Assembly (NCBI GenBank): GCA_023247235.1
Contig: JAHFGW010000001.1
Location: 64,586 to 128,114 of the forward strand
Source of the DNA: Candidatus Omnitrophota bacterium
Lineage (GTDB): Bacteria > Omnitrophota > Gorgyraeia > Aquiviventales > Aquiviventaceae
Direction of reading: 5' to 3'
Length of the DNA stretch: 63,529 nt
The translations under genes and the position numbers were made by a program. This document shows positions 32,134 to 42,534 of the stretch, in pieces. The number at the start of each line of letters is the position of its first letter. Position 1 is the first letter of the stretch. The notes under the pieces are model-generated. The model made no database searches. It was not told the origin of the DNA and was given only the letters and a program-made list of their open reading frames with translations.

Positions 32134-34296
32134 ATGAGCAGCAACGGCGACCGTCCTGCACCGAGCCCGCTGAGCGCCGAGTCGCTTGAGCGCCTGAAGT
32201 CCACCAGGAACTTCGGCATCGTCGCGCATATCGACGCCGGGAAGACGACGACGTCGGAGCGAATTCTGTTCTACACGGGACGGATCCACAAGATCGGCGA
32301 GATCGACGAGGGGACGACGACGCTGGACTGGATGGCGCAGGAGCGCGAGCGCGGAATTACGATCACGGCGGCCACGACGACGTGCTTCTGGCGGAAGTTC
32401 CGGCTCAATCTCATCGATACGCCCGGGCACGTGGACTTCACCGCCGAGGTTGAACGCAGCCTGAAGGTGCTGGACGGCTGCGTGGTCGTGTTCTGCGCCG
32501 TCGGCGGAGTCGAACCGCAGTCGGAAACAGTCTGGCGCCAAGCGGACAAATACGGCGTCCCCCGCATGGCGTACGTCAACAAACTGGATCGGACCGGCGC
32601 GAACTTCTTTGAAGTGCTCAAGGAAATCCGGGAGCGGCTTGGCGCGAAAGCCGTCCCCCTGCAGATCCCTTGGGGCCTGGAAGACAAGCTGGCCGGCGTG
32701 ATCGACCTGGTCCGGATGCAAGCGATCAAATTTAATCTGACGGATCCGTCGCAAGAGCCCGAGCGGCTCGAGATCCCTGAGGAGCTAAAGCAACAGGCCG
32801 CGACCTATCGCCACGAGCTGCTGGAGGCCGTGGCCGAGTACGATGATGCCATAATGGAGAAGTACATTCACGAGCAGACGCCAACCGAGCATGAGCTTCA
32901 AGCGGCGATTCGCAAAGCCACCATCCAGGCGGTCCACCTGACGGCGGAAGGCGATAAAAAAGAAGCGCTCTTCGTGCCGGTGCTCTGCGGCGCGTCCTTC
33001 CGCAACGTCGGGGTGCAGCCGTTGCTCGATGCGGTCTGTGATTACCTCCCTTCGCCATTGGACATTCCCAACCCCCCGGCGCATGAGCTGGGCAAGGAGC
33101 AGGAGATCGTGCTGGCGCCGGATGAAGGCGGTCCCTTCGGAGGCCTGGCGTTTAAAATCGCGCGTGACCCGTATGTCGGCAAGCTGTTCTTCGTGCGCGT
33201 GTATTCCGGCACTCTGCGCGCCGGCGCCACGGTCTATAACAGCACGAAGCAGAGGAAAGAACGCATCAGCAAGCTCATGCGGATGCACGCGAACAAGCAG
33301 GAGCTGGTCGAGGAGATCAAGGCGGGCGATATCGCGGCGGCCGCCGGCCTGAAAGTCACCACGACGGGCGATACGCTGTGCGATGGCGAGCGCGAATTCT
33401 TGTTTGAGCGCATCCAGTTTCCCGAACCGGTCATCTCCATGTTCATCGAGCCCAAGAGCAAGGTGGATCAGGACAAACTGGCCAACGCGCTGGGTCTGCT
33501 CCAAGACGAAGACCCGACCTTCCGGATCAACTACAACCAGGAGACGGGGCAGACGCTCATGTCCGGCATGGGCGAGCTGCACCTGGAGATCCTGGTGGAC
33601 CGCATGCGGCGCGAGTTCAACGTCGAGCCCATTGTCGGCAAGCCGCAGGTGGCCTACAAGGAGACCATACTGCAGGCGGTCGAGAAGATCGAAGGCAAGC
33701 ACATCAAGCAGACAGGCGGCCGCGGCCAGTACGGCCATGTCGTCATCAAGCTCGAGCCCGGTGAGCCCCGCAGCGGCGTCACGTTCGTCAATAAGATCGT
33801 TGGCGGCCGCATCCCGCGCGAATTCATTCCTGCGGTCGAGGCGGGTATCCTTGAGGCGTCCAAGACTGGACCGCTTCGCGGCTACCCGGTGGTCGATGTC
33901 ACGGCCACGTTGTTCGACGGCTCATACCATGACGTCGATTCCTCTGAAATTGCCTTTAAGATCGCCGCGATCGAAGCCTTCAAGGAAGGCTTCATGCGCG
34001 GCAAACCCGTGCTCCTGGAACCGATTGCCTCGGTTGAAGTCGTCACGCCGGAGGAGTGCATGGGGCAGATTAATGGCGACCTCCAGTCGCGTCGAGGGCG
34101 GATCGAGTCGATTAGTAATCGAGGCTCCACTCGGGCCGTACGCGCCTTCGTCCCCGTGGGAGAGATGTTCGGATACGCCACAACCATCCGATCGCTCTCG
34201 CAGGGCCGCGCGGCGTATACCATGGAGCCGGCGCGCTACGAGCAGGTGCCGCAGCAGATCGCCGCAAAAATCATGGGCAGCAAACAGGGAGGCTGA
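32134..34296 (+). CDS. fusA: elongation factor G
   Basis: [17 protein letters not shown] and NKLD motifs. The start is ATG 32134 or ATG 32122, which overlaps rpsG. Confidence 0.96.
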   Translation: MSSNGDRPAPSPLSAESLERLKSTRNFGIVAHIDAGKTTTSERILFYTGRIHKIGEIDEGTTTLDWMAQERERGITITAATTTCFWRKFRLNLIDTPGHVDFTAEVERSLKVLDGCVVVFCAVGGVEPQSETVWRQADKYGVPRMAYVNKLDRTGANFFEVLKEIRERLGAKAVPLQIPWGLEDKLAGVIDLVRMQAIKFNLTDPSQEPERLEIPEELKQQAATYRHELLEAVAEYDDAIMEKYIHEQTPTEHELQAAIRKATIQAVHLTAEGDKKEALFVPVLCGASFRNVGVQPLLDAVCDYLPSPLDIPNPPAHELGKEQEIVLAPDEGGPFGGLAFKIARDPYVGKLFFVRVYSGTLRAGATVYNSTKQRKERISKLMRMHANKQELVEEIKAGDIAAAAGLKVTTTGDTLCDGEREFLFERIQFPEPVISMFIEPKSKVDQDKLANALGLLQDEDPTFRINYNQETGQTLMSGMGELHLEILVDRMRREFNVEPIVGKPQVAYKETILQAVEKIEGKHIKQTGGRGQYGHVVIKLEPGEPRSGVTFVNKIVGGRIPREFIPAVEAGILEASKTGPLRGYPVVDVTATLFDGSYHDVDSSEIAFKIAAIEAFKEGFMRGKPVLLEPIASVEVVTPEECMGQINGDLQSRRGRIESISNRGSTRAVRAFVPVGEMFGYATTIRSLSQGRAAYTMEPARYEQVPQQIAAKIMGSKQGG

Positions 34297-34301
34297 AGCA
34301 C

Positions 34302-35492
34302 ATGGCCAAAGCCAAATTCGAACGGACCAAGCCCCACGTGAACATCGGCACGATCGGCCACGTCGATCACGGCAAGACGACCCTGACCTCCGCGATCACC
34401 AAGGTCCTCGCCCGCGCCGGCCTGGCCCAGGCGCGCAGCTACGAGGAGATCGACAACGCCCCCGAGGAGCGCGAGCGCGGGGTGACGATCAACGTCCACC
34501 ACGCCGAGTACGAGACCCCGGCGCGCCACTACGCCCATGTCGACTGCCCGGGCCATGCCGACTACATCAAGAACATGATCACCGGCGCCGCCCAGATGGA
34601 CGGCGCCATCCTGGTCGTCTCCGCGGTCGATGGGCCCATGCCCCAGACCCGTGAGCACATCCTCCTGGGCCGCCAGGTCGGCCTGCCCACGATCGTCGTC
34701 TTCCTCAATAAGGTCGATGCGGTCGAAGACCCGGAGCTCTTGGACCTCGTCGAGCTGGAGGTCCGGGAGCTCTTGACCAAGTACGGCTTCCCGGGGGAGA
34801 AGACCCCGATCATCCGCGGCTCGGCCCTGCTCGCCGCCCAGGGCGACCAGGGGGAGCTGGGCGAGCCGGCCATCACGAAGCTCCTGGCCGCGGTGGACAC
34901 CGCCATCCCCACCCCCACGCGCGACATCGAGCGGCCCTTCCTCATGTCGGTCGAAGATGTCTTCTCGATCACCGGCCGCGGCACCGTGGGGACCGGCCGC
35001 GTGGAGCGCGGCAAGGTCACCGTGGGCCAGGAGGTGGAGATCGTCGGCCTCAAGGCGACCAGCAAGTCCGTCGTGACCGGCATTGAGATGTTCCGCAAGC
35101 TCCTGGAGGAGGGCATCGCCGGAGACAACCTGGGGGTCCTGCTGCGCGGCCTCGAGAAAGCGGACCTGCAGCGGGGCATGGTCCTGGCCGCCCCGGGCAC
35201 GATCACCCCGCATACGACCTTCACGGCCGAGGTCTACTGCCTCACGAAAGAAGAAGGCGGCCGCCACACCCCCTTCTTTAAGGGCTACCGCCCGCAGTTC
35301 TACTTCCGCACGACCGATGTGACCGGCGCGGTCACCTTGCCCGAGAAGACCGAGATGGTCATGCCGGGGGATAACATCCGCGTGACGGTCGAGCTCATCC
35401 AGCCCATCGCCATGGAGAAAGAGCAGCGCTTCGCCATCCGCGAAGGCGGCAAGACCGTCGGGGCGGGCGTCATCACGGAGATCCTCAAGTGA
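34302..35492 (+). CDS. tuf: elongation factor Tu, copy 2
   Basis: Protein identical to copy 1. Confidence 0.97.
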   Translation: MAKAKFERTKPHVNIGTIGHVDHGKTTLTSAITKVLARAGLAQARSYEEIDNAPEERERGVTINVHHAEYETPARHYAHVDCPGHADYIKNMITGAAQMDGAILVVSAVDGPMPQTREHILLGRQVGLPTIVVFLNKVDAVEDPELLDLVELEVRELLTKYGFPGEKTPIIRGSALLAAQGDQGELGEPAITKLLAAVDTAIPTPTRDIERPFLMSVEDVFSITGRGTVGTGRVERGKVTVGQEVEIVGLKATSKSVVTGIEMFRKLLEEGIAGDNLGVLLRGLEKADLQRGMVLAAPGTITPHTTFTAEVYCLTKEEGGRHTPFFKGYRPQFYFRTTDVTGAVTLPEKTEMVMPGDNIRVTVELIQPIAMEKEQRFAIREGGKTVGAGVITEILK

Positions 35493-35537
35493 GGGTCGGG
35501 CGCACCCCGAACCCCGAACCCCGAACCCCGAACTAAC
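35493..35537 (+). repeat. CCCCGAA x4 heptamer array (H3b)
   Basis: Identical to 19815-19859. Confidence 0.75.
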
Positions 35538-35846
35538 ATGGCGCAGGCACCGAAGATTCGCATTAAGCTGAAGGCCTATGACCACCGCCTCCTGGACCAG
35601 TCGGCGGGAGAGATCATCCAGACGGTCCGGCGGACTGGGGCGCGCGTGGCCGGCCCGATCCCGCTGCCGTCAAAGCGGGAGCTCTATACCGTGTTGCGCT
35701 CGCCCGTGATCGACAAGAAGGCGCGCGAGCAGTTTCAAATCGTGACGCACAAGCGGCTCCTGGAGATCCTGGAGCCGACATCCAAGACTATCGACGCGCT
35801 CCGCAAGCTCAATCTTCCATCGGGCGTCTACGTAGAGGTCAGATGA
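35538..35846 (+). CDS. rpsJ: 30S ribosomal protein S10
   Basis: [16 protein letters not shown] start, 102 aa. Confidence 0.96.
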   Translation: MAQAPKIRIKLKAYDHRLLDQSAGEIIQTVRRTGARVAGPIPLPSKRELYTVLRSPVIDKKAREQFQIVTHKRLLEILEPTSKTIDALRKLNLPSGVYVEVR

Positions 35847-35851
35847 GGTTT

Positions 35852-35922
35852 TAGCGTATAGCGGGTAGCGTTCAGCGTACAGAATCCGTATACGCTAAAC
35901 GCTATACGCTGCACGCTAGACG
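35852..35922 (+). repeat. heptamer-array hairpin H5 (TAGCGTA TAGCGGG TAGCGTT CAGCGTA / loop / ACGCTAA ACGCTAT ACGCTGC ACGCTAG)
   Basis: Four heptamers per arm, with about 23 of 28 positions complementary by hand alignment. It fills the rpsJ|rplC spacer. Confidence 0.8.
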
Positions 35923-35932
35923 ATGAGTTGCA

Positions 35933-36724
35933 ATGGCTCTCGGCCTATTGGGAAAGAAATTGGGCATGACGCATGTGCACGACAAGTACGGCCGCCAGGT
36001 CGTGGTGACCGTCCTGCAGGCAGGGCCCTGCACGGTCCTCAGCCTGCGTGAGCCTGCGCGGCACGGCTATCATGCGCTGCAAATCGGGTTTGAGACCATC
36101 GAGGAGAAGCGTGTGACAAAGCCCGTCCGGGGCCAGTTCAAGCTAGCGGGCACTGGGCTGTTCCGCCATGTGCATGAGTTCCGAGTCCCGGCCACCGTGT
36201 CGGAACCTGTGGCCGAAGCCAAGGCGCCTGCAGGCGAGGAACGCTCAGAGCATGACGAGGCTCCAGCGCCTGCAGGATGGGCTGTCGGGCAACAGCTCAA
36301 GGTCGATCTCTTCAAACCGTATGAACTGGTGGATGTGACCGCCATCTCCATCGGCAAGGGATTTCAGGGTGGCATGCGGCGCTGGAACTGGAAGGGGGGC
36401 CCGCAAACGCATGGCTCCACGTCCCATCGCGCGCCGGGCTCGATCGGCTCCACGACGTTTCCCGGGCGCGTGCTGCGGGGACACCACTTGCCCGGCCACA
36501 TGGGGGCGCGACGAGTCACCATCGAGAACCTTCGCGTGATCCGCATCGATCCGAACGCTGACCTGCTGCTGCTGGAGGGTGCGGTTCCGGGACCGGAGCA
36601 CGGACTCGTGATCATCGAGAAATCAACCAAGCGCTTTGAAGTCATCAAGGCCCCGCTGGCCCTCGTTGAAGCCGTTGAAGAGGAAGAGCAGACGCCAGCG
36701 AAGAAAGAGAAGGCGAAGAAATAG
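35933..36724 (+). CDS. rplC: 50S ribosomal protein L3 (with acidic/Ala-Pro insertion and Lys/Glu tail)
   Basis: uL3 blocks (LLGKKLGMTHV, GKGFQGGMRRWNWKGGPQTHGS). Confidence 0.95.
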   Translation: MALGLLGKKLGMTHVHDKYGRQVVVTVLQAGPCTVLSLREPARHGYHALQIGFETIEEKRVTKPVRGQFKLAGTGLFRHVHEFRVPATVSEPVAEAKAPAGEERSEHDEAPAPAGWAVGQQLKVDLFKPYELVDVTAISIGKGFQGGMRRWNWKGGPQTHGSTSHRAPGSIGSTTFPGRVLRGHHLPGHMGARRVTIENLRVIRIDPNADLLLLEGAVPGPEHGLVIIEKSTKRFEVIKAPLALVEAVEEEEQTPAKKEKAKK

Positions 36725-36726
36725 TC

Positions 36727-37368
36727 ATGGCTGCGCAGATCGCGATTGTGGACCTTAGCGGAAAGAACGTTGGACAACTCACGCTCCAAGGAGCGAGCTG
36801 GAGCAAGCCGGTGCGCCTGGGCGTGATCGCGCAGGCCGTCGCGGCGTATCGCACGAACCTACGCGCCGGCACCGCCTCAACCAAGCACCGGGGCGAGGTC
36901 TCAGGCGGCGGCAAAAAGCCTTGGAAGCAAAAACATACCGGCCGAGCGCGCGCCGGCTCGATCCGCTCGCCGCTCTGGCGGGGGGGCGGCATCGTCTATG
37001 GCCCTAAGCCGCGCATCATCCGGCAATGGCCTGGGCAGGCCATCCGCCGCCAGGCGCTGCTGGAAAGCCTCAAGGGCAAGTTACGGGATGAGGAGCTGGT
37101 GGTCCTGGATGCGTTGCAGGCCGACGCGCCAAAGACCAAACCGTTTGCAGGCCTGCGCAAAACATTCAGCATCCAGCGGCGAGCCCTGCTGGTGCTGGCC
37201 AGCGCGCCGGTGGCGCTGAGGCGCTCCGTTCGGAACATCCGAGAGCTCGAACTGCGCAGCGCGGACAGCCTGAATGCCTACGACGTGGTCAACGCGCACA
37301 AGGTGCTCGTCACCCGCGAGGCGTTCGACAAGCTGCAAGCGCGGCTTGGAGACGGGTCCTCGAGATGA
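36727..37368 (+). CDS. rplD: 50S ribosomal protein L4
   Basis: KPWKQKHTGRARAGSIRSPLWRGGG block. Confidence 0.95.
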   Translation: MAAQIAIVDLSGKNVGQLTLQGASWSKPVRLGVIAQAVAAYRTNLRAGTASTKHRGEVSGGGKKPWKQKHTGRARAGSIRSPLWRGGGIVYGPKPRIIRQWPGQAIRRQALLESLKGKLRDEELVVLDALQADAPKTKPFAGLRKTFSIQRRALLVLASAPVALRRSVRNIRELELRSADSLNAYDVVNAHKVLVTREAFDKLQARLGDGSSR

Positions 37369-37649
37369 CGCGCACGCCCACTGACATTGTGAAAGCCGTG
37401 CGCCAGTCGGAGAAGGCCAGGCGGATCGCCGGGTATGACCAGTTCGTGCTGGAAGTCGCGCCCGAGGCGAACAAGATTGAAATTCGACAGGCCGTCGAGG
37501 CCCTCTTCAAAGTCGATGTGCGCCGCGTGAACACCTGCAATACGCACGGGAAGGCGCGCCGGCTCGCGTCTCGAACGGGCCGGCGAATCGATCGGAAGCA
37601 CGCGATCGTCACGCTGGCAAAAGGCCAGAAGATTGAGGTCAAAGGCTAA
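37365..37649 (+). CDS. rplW: 50S ribosomal protein L23
   Basis: uL23 family sequence and position. Confidence 0.93.
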   Translation: MTRTPTDIVKAVRQSEKARRIAGYDQFVLEVAPEANKIEIRQAVEALFKVDVRRVNTCNTHGKARRLASRTGRRIDRKHAIVTLAKGQKIEVKG

Positions 37650-38479
37650 TGGGCGTGAAGACGCATCGCCCGACCAGCGCCGGCAGGCGCTTTGCGGTCA
37701 CCGCGGATTTCACCGAGCTGACGACCAAGCGACCGCAGAAGTCTCTCACGGTGCCGCTGCCAGGCACCGGGGGCCGCAACGCCCACGGACACGTCACGTC
37801 GCGGTTCCGCGGAGGCGGGCATAAACGGCTCTACCGCTTAATCGATTTTTATCGGCGGGACCGGGCGGGCGTAGGCGGCACCGTCCTGGGCATCGAGTAT
37901 GATCCGAATCGCTCGGCGCGCATTGCGCTGATCGAATACGCGGACCGCCAACGCCGCTACATTCTCTGGCCCGAGGGTCTCGCCGTAGGAGAGGCGGTGG
38001 GCGCGGGGGATGACGCGGAGCTGAAACTGGGCAACGCCCTGCCGCTGCGGCGGATTCCCGCCGGGCTGCCGATTCACAATCTCGAGCTGCACCGCAATCG
38101 CGGAGGGCAAATCGTGCGGAGCGCCGGATCCTCCGCCACGATTCAGGCGAAGGAGGGTGACCTGGCGCACGTGCGGCTGCCTTCAGGCGAAGTGCGCATC
38201 GTGCACCTGGAGTGCTGGGCGACGGTCGGCCAGGTTGGCAACATCGAGCATAAGTCGCTCGTCTATGGGAAAGCCGGCCGCTCGCGCTGGAAGGGGCGCA
38301 TGCCTCACGTGCGAGGCGTCGCGATGAACCCGGTCGATCACCCCCATGGCGGCGGCGAAGGCAAGTCCGGCCAAGGCAATCCCCACCCGGTGTCGCCCTG
38401 GGGCTGGCATACGAAAGGTCGCAAGACCCGCAACCGCCGGAAATATTCGCGCCGGTGGATCGCCAGCCGCCGCCCGTAA
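37649..38479 (+). CDS. rplB: 50S ribosomal protein L2
   Basis: GGGHKRLYR and [13 protein letters not shown] blocks. Confidence 0.96.
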   Translation: MGVKTHRPTSAGRRFAVTADFTELTTKRPQKSLTVPLPGTGGRNAHGHVTSRFRGGGHKRLYRLIDFYRRDRAGVGGTVLGIEYDPNRSARIALIEYADRQRRYILWPEGLAVGEAVGAGDDAELKLGNALPLRRIPAGLPIHNLELHRNRGGQIVRSAGSSATIQAKEGDLAHVRLPSGEVRIVHLECWATVGQVGNIEHKSLVYGKAGRSRWKGRMPHVRGVAMNPVDHPHGGGEGKSGQGNPHPVSPWGWHTKGRKTRNRRKYSRRWIASRRP

Positions 38480-38482
38480 CGA

Positions 38483-38570
38483 TGTGTAATGTCCAATGTG
38501 TCGTGTGTAATGGATAAGGTGCGCACGATGCGTGTTTTCCCATTACACAGTACACGTGACACATTACACA
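38483..38570 (+). repeat. heptamer-array hairpin H6 (TGTGTAA TGTCCAA TGTGTCG TGTGTAA TGG / 26-nt loop / CCA TTACACA GTACACG TGACACA TTACACA)
   Basis: Hand pairing gives 26 of 31 positions paired, including one G-U. It fills the rplB|rpsS spacer and is followed by GAGGAG and the ATG. Confidence 0.85.
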
Positions 38571-38590
38571 GAACATTTTCCTGAGGAGAC

Positions 38591-38926
38591 ATGGGACGCT
38601 CAGCGAAAAAAGGCGCGTTCGTGGATGAGTCGGTGCTGCGCAAAATCGCGCGGGCGCGGCAGGCGAACGACCGCAAACCCATCAAAACGTGGTCGCGGCG
38701 CTCGACCGTGACGCCCGACTTTGTGGGGATGAACTTCCTGGTCCACAACGGCAAGGGATTTCAGCCCGTCTACGTCAGCGAGCACATGGTGGGGCATTGC
38801 CTGGGAGAGTTCGCCCCGACGCGCGTCTTCAGGCGCCACGGCGGCGTGAAGAAGGCCGAGGCGCCCGGCGGCGCGCCGGCTCCGGCCGCGGCGGCCGGCG
38901 GCGGCGCGGGCGCTCCCGGAAAGTGA
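38591..38926 (+). CDS. rpsS: 30S ribosomal protein S19 (Ala/Gly/Pro tail)
   Basis: [10 protein letters not shown]...[14 protein letters not shown] block. Confidence 0.95.
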   Translation: MGRSAKKGAFVDESVLRKIARARQANDRKPIKTWSRRSTVTPDFVGMNFLVHNGKGFQPVYVSEHMVGHCLGEFAPTRVFRRHGGVKKAEAPGGAPAPAAAAGGGAGAPGK

Positions 38927-38931
38927 CGCAG

Positions 38932-39327
38932 ATGCCCACGGCAGCGGCGGCTCCCGAGGTCGCGGGACCTGAGACGGTGGTCGGTCGGGCCATCGCGCGC
39001 TATATCCGGATGACGCCCCGGAAGGTGGGCTACGTCATCCGGCCGCTGCGCCACCATACGGTGGCGGAAGCGCTGACGATCCTCTCGGTGACGAATCGAC
39101 GGGCCTGTGGGCCTGTCGCCAAGCTCCTCGCCTCGGCGTTTGCCAATGCCCGCGCGAAAGAGCCGACGCTGCGGGAAGAAGACGTCTTCATCAGCCGCAT
39201 CACGGCGGATGACGGGCCGCGCTGGAAGCGATTTCGTGCGGCGGGATTCGGGCGCGCGACGCGGATTCTGAAACGGACCACGCACATTACCATCGAACTG
39301 GAGAAGCGAGCACGCCATGGGGCATAA
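38932..39327 (+). CDS. rplV: 50S ribosomal protein L22
   Basis: uL22 body (ARYIRMTPRKV...). Internal ATG of ORF 38689..39327. Confidence 0.92.
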   Translation: MPTAAAAPEVAGPETVVGRAIARYIRMTPRKVGYVIRPLRHHTVAEALTILSVTNRRACGPVAKLLASAFANARAKEPTLREEDVFISRITADDGPRWKRFRAAGFGRATRILKRTTHITIELEKRARHGA

Positions 39328-40087
39328 AGTCAATCCGATCTGTCTGCGGTTGAACTTGACACACAATTGGCGCTCGCGGTGGTTTACCCCGGAAAAGAAG
39401 CTCTTTGTGCAATACATTCAAGAAGACCGGACGATTCGCCAGATGCTCAGGAAGGAGCTGGCGGCCGCCGCAGTGGCTCGGGTTGAAATCGAGCGGTCGC
39501 CCGACCGCGTCCGCGTGCTCATCCATACCGCGCGCCCGGGGATTCTCATCGGCCGCCGCGGCGAAAACATCCAGCGGCTGCAAGAAGCCGTCCAGCGGAT
39601 CGTCGGCACGGACCGGCAGCTCAAGATGGACTACCTTGAGATCACCAACCCGGCGATCGAAGCGCAATTGATCGCGGATTCCCTTGCGTTTCAGCTTGAA
39701 AAGCGCATCGCGTTTCGCCGAGCCATGAAGCGCGCGATTCAGCAGGCCATGGAGGCGGGAGCCAAGGGCATCCGCGTCATCTGCGACGGCCGGCTGGGAG
39801 GCGCGGAGATGACCCGACGCGAAGGCTACCGCATGGGCAAAGTCCCCTTGGGGACCCTGCGGGCGGACATTGATTTTGGCCAAGGCCTGGCGCATACGCC
39901 GCTGGGCTGCATTGGCACACGAGTGTGGGTGTGCAAAGGCATGTTGAACCTCAAGGGACGGCGGGGGGCCACAGCCACCGCGCAGGCACAGGCGCCCGCG
40001 ACGGTCAAGGCCGCTCCGGCTCCTGCTGCGGCTGCCGTGACACCAGGCGCTCAGGAACCCTCACCCGTCGCTCCGGTCAGCCCCTAA
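39317..40087 (+). CDS. rpsC: 30S ribosomal protein S3 (Ala/Pro tail)
   Basis: MGHKVNPICLRL start, KH domain. Confidence 0.96.
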   Translation: MGHKVNPICLRLNLTHNWRSRWFTPEKKLFVQYIQEDRTIRQMLRKELAAAAVARVEIERSPDRVRVLIHTARPGILIGRRGENIQRLQEAVQRIVGTDRQLKMDYLEITNPAIEAQLIADSLAFQLEKRIAFRRAMKRAIQQAMEAGAKGIRVICDGRLGGAEMTRREGYRMGKVPLGTLRADIDFGQGLAHTPLGCIGTRVWVCKGMLNLKGRRGATATAQAQAPATVKAAPAPAAAAVTPGAQEPSPVAPVSP

Positions 40088-40093
40088 CGCTCG

Positions 40094-40525
40094 ATGCCGC
40101 TCCTCTTTCCCAAACGTGTCAAGTACCGCAAGGCGCACCGCGGCAAACGCCGCGGGGCGGCCAAGGGTGGCACCAGCCTGGCGTTTGGCGAGTTTGGGCT
40201 CAAGGCATTGGAGAACGGGTGGATCACCGCCGCACAGATTGAAGCCTGCCGCGTGGCGATGACCCGCGCGATGGGCCAGGGCGGCAAGACATGGATTCGC
40301 ATCTTTCCGGACAAACCGGTGACGGTGCATGGACAGGAAAAACCAATGGGAGCCGGCAAGGGCATGGTGGACCATTGGGTCGCGGTGGTGAAGCGCGGGC
40401 GCATCTTGTTCGAGGCGGATGGGGTCCACGGGCTCTTGGCGCGCGATGTGATGCGCATGGCGGCGTCAAAACTCCCCTTACGCACGCGCATGGTGCAACG
40501 CCGTGACGGGAGCGCGACGGCCTGA
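40094..40525 (+). CDS. rplP: 50S ribosomal protein L16
   Basis: MPLLFPKRVKYRKAHRGKRRG start. Confidence 0.96.
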   Translation: MPLLFPKRVKYRKAHRGKRRGAAKGGTSLAFGEFGLKALENGWITAAQIEACRVAMTRAMGQGGKTWIRIFPDKPVTVHGQEKPMGAGKGMVDHWVAVVKRGRILFEADGVHGLLARDVMRMAASKLPLRTRMVQRRDGSATA

Positions 40526-40731
40526 TGGCTCAGAAGCGGCCCAAGGCTCGCGAGCTGCGGACGATTTCCACGGAAGAATTGCGCGACCAAGTCCAGGCGC
40601 TGCGCCAGGAACTCTGGGAAACCCGCCTGAAGGCTCGCAGCGGCGCGGCCACGGCGCCATCTCACGAGATCCGCCAGGCGCGCCGGCAGCTTGCGCGCGT
40701 CCTCACGATCTCACGGGAGCGAACAACATGA
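40525..40731 (+). CDS. rpmC: 50S ribosomal protein L29
   Basis: LRTISTEELRDQVQALRQELWETR pattern, 68 aa. Confidence 0.92.
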   Translation: MAQKRPKARELRTISTEELRDQVQALRQELWETRLKARSGAATAPSHEIRQARRQLARVLTISRERTT

Positions 40732-40778
40732 TCCCACCACCTGTTGCTAGCGGCGCCACACGCGATGAACAACCCATG
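40729..40778 (+). mobile_element. truncated copy B of the 157-nt element (left end only), rpmC stop to rpsQ start
   Basis: TGATCCCACCACCTGTTGC is identical to the first 19 nt of copy C, after which the sequence is unrelated. ATGA is present at both flanks (40728-40731, 40776-40779). Confidence 0.65.
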
Positions 40779-41126
40779 ACGGCACCCCAGGTCCGCGGGA
40801 TCCGCCGGACGCGCATCGGCATTGTCACCAGCGACAAGATGCAGAAAACGCGGGTCGTGCGCGTCGAGCGGCTGTCACGCCATGGGCGCTACCCGCGCAC
40901 GTTGCGTCTGCGGACGAGCTTCAAAGTGCATGATGAAGGCAACGAATCGCATCTCGGAGACTTGGTAGAAATCATGGAAACCCGCCCGCTGTCCAAGGAG
41001 AAGCGCTTTCGCCTTGTGAAAGTGCTCCAGCGTGCGTCCACCGCGCCCCCGGTACCCGGGGAGCCGTCGGAAGCGTCCGCCAGGCCGCCGGAAGACGCTC
41101 CTCCTTCAACGAGCGACGCGGGGTGA
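40776..41126 (+). CDS. rpsQ: 30S ribosomal protein S17 (Pro/Ala/Glu tail)
   Basis: [23 protein letters not shown] block. Internal ATG of ORF 40503..41126. Confidence 0.92.
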   Translation: MTAPQVRGIRRTRIGIVTSDKMQKTRVVRVERLSRHGRYPRTLRLRTSFKVHDEGNESHLGDLVEIMETRPLSKEKRFRLVKVLQRASTAPPVPGEPSEASARPPEDAPPSTSDAG

Positions 41127-41130
41127 TGCC

Positions 41131-41499
41131 ATGATCCAAATGCGGACCCACCTCACGGTGGCGGATAATTCCGGCGTGAAAAAAGTCTGGGCGATCGGCG
41201 TCCTCGGCCAGGGCAACAAGCGGTACGGCAAAATCGGCGATGTCATTCGGTGCAACGTGAAAGAAGCCGATCCTGAAGCGATGGCGAAGAAGGGGGAAGT
41301 GGTGCACTGCGTCATCGTGCGCACTCGGACACCGATCCGCCGCGCAGACGGCACCACGCTGCGTTTCGATTCCAATGCGGTGGTGCTGATCGACCCCTCG
41401 AAGAATCCCAAAGGCACGCGCGTCTTCGGGCCGGTGGCCCGCGAGCTGCGCGAGAAACACTTCATGAAGATCATTTCGTTAGCGCCGGAAGTTGTCTGA
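41131..41499 (+). CDS. rplN: 50S ribosomal protein L14
   Basis: [19 protein letters not shown] start. Confidence 0.96.
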   Translation: MIQMRTHLTVADNSGVKKVWAIGVLGQGNKRYGKIGDVIRCNVKEADPEAMAKKGEVVHCVIVRTRTPIRRADGTTLRFDSNAVVLIDPSKNPKGTRVFGPVARELREKHFMKIISLAPEVV

Positions 41500-41810
41500 T
41501 GGCGCGGATCAAGAAGGGCGATACGGTCGTTGTGCTCGGCGGCAAGGACCGAGGCAAGTCCGGGAAGGTGCTGCAGGTCTGGCCTGTGGAAGACCGGGCG
41601 CTCGTAGAGCGGTTGAACCTCGCCAAGCATTTTGATCGGCCGCAAGGCCAGAACCAGCCCGGCGGCATCATCGAACGGGAACGTCCCATCCCGCTGGGCA
41701 AGCTGGCGCCGCTGTGCGCCAAGTGCGGCAAGCCCGCGCGCGTGGGCTGGCAGATCTCGGATCAGGGCGATAAACGGCGCATATGCCACCGATGCCGCGA
41801 CATAGTCTAG
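41499..41810 (+). CDS. rplX: 50S ribosomal protein L24 (CxxC...CxxC C-terminus)
   Basis: KKGDTVVVLGGKDRGKSGKVL KOW motif. Confidence 0.94.
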   Translation: MARIKKGDTVVVLGGKDRGKSGKVLQVWPVEDRALVERLNLAKHFDRPQGQNQPGGIIERERPIPLGKLAPLCAKCGKPARVGWQISDQGDKRRICHRCRDIV

Positions 41811-41816
41811 CCATGA

Positions 41817-41880
41817 TGTGTAATGTTCAATGTGTAACGTGTAATGGTCAGGAGCTTGAGGGGAGCATTACACAGAATGC
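41817..41880 (+). repeat. asymmetric heptamer element H7 (TGTGTAA TGTTCAA TGTGTAA CGTGTAA TGG ... single TTACACA unit)
   Basis: Four left-arm heptamers face only one complementary unit (41868-41874), plus a local GCATT/AATGC stem. It lies in the rplX|rplE spacer. Confidence 0.7.
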
Positions 41881-41895
41881 TCAACGGCCAAAACA

Positions 41896-42534
41896 ATGAG
41901 CACGAAAAGCGCAAAGGCGACAACCCAGCTCACAGCGCCACGACTACTCGAACAGTATCGGAAGGAGATCGCCCCTGCACTGGGCAAGACGCTCCACCAA
42001 TCCAATCTCATGGCGGTGCCGCGGCTCAACAAGATCGTCCTGAACGTCGGCTGCGGGGAAGCGGCGCATGATGCGAAGATCCTGGAGGCGGTGCAGCGCG
42101 ACCTGGCGCTGATCGCGGGACAGCGGCCGATCATCACCAGAGCCAAGCGCGCGATCTCGAACTTCCGGATCAAGGAAGGCGATCCGGTCGGCTGCAAGGT
42201 GACGCTGCGCCGCGCCCGGATGTACGAGTTCTTTGAGCGGCTGATTCACGTGGCCCTGCCGCGCATCCGGGATTTCCAGGGACTGAGCCCTCGCGGCTTC
42301 GACCAGCAGGGCGGCTACAGTTTCGGGATCGTGGAGCACACCATTTTTCCGGAAGTGAATCTCGACGAAGCCCGGTTCCCCTTCGGCCTGGACATTGCCA
42401 TCGTGACCAACGCAACGGGCCCCCAGGGCACGCTCGCCCTGTTGACGGCATTTGGCGTTCCCTTCACGCGAAGCAAGACGAGCAACGCACCCGGCGCGCC
42501 GGCCGAAGCCGCTGCCGCGCCCGAGGACGCTTGA
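41896..42534 (+). CDS. rplE: 50S ribosomal protein L5 (Ala/Pro tail)
   Basis: uL5 family sequence and position. Confidence 0.95.
   Translation: MSTKSAKATTQLTAPRLLEQYRKEIAPALGKTLHQSNLMAVPRLNKIVLNVGCGEAAHDAKILEAVQRDLALIAGQRPIITRAKRAISNFRIKEGDPVGCKVTLRRARMYEFFERLIHVALPRIRDFQGLSPRGFDQQGGYSFGIVEHTIFPEVNLDEARFPFGLDIAIVTNATGPQGTLALLTAFGVPFTRSKTSNAPGAPAEAAAAPEDA

Larger units (their letters stand above)
34302..35547 (+). repeat. 1,246-bp direct repeat, copy 2
   Basis: See copy 1. The offset between copies is 15,678 nt. Confidence 0.85.

Noticed and set aside
35852-35922. Heptamer arrays as a possible CRISPR array
   Set aside because: The units are 7 nt and directly abutting, with no spacers. The arrays are under 60 nt, and no cas genes are present.
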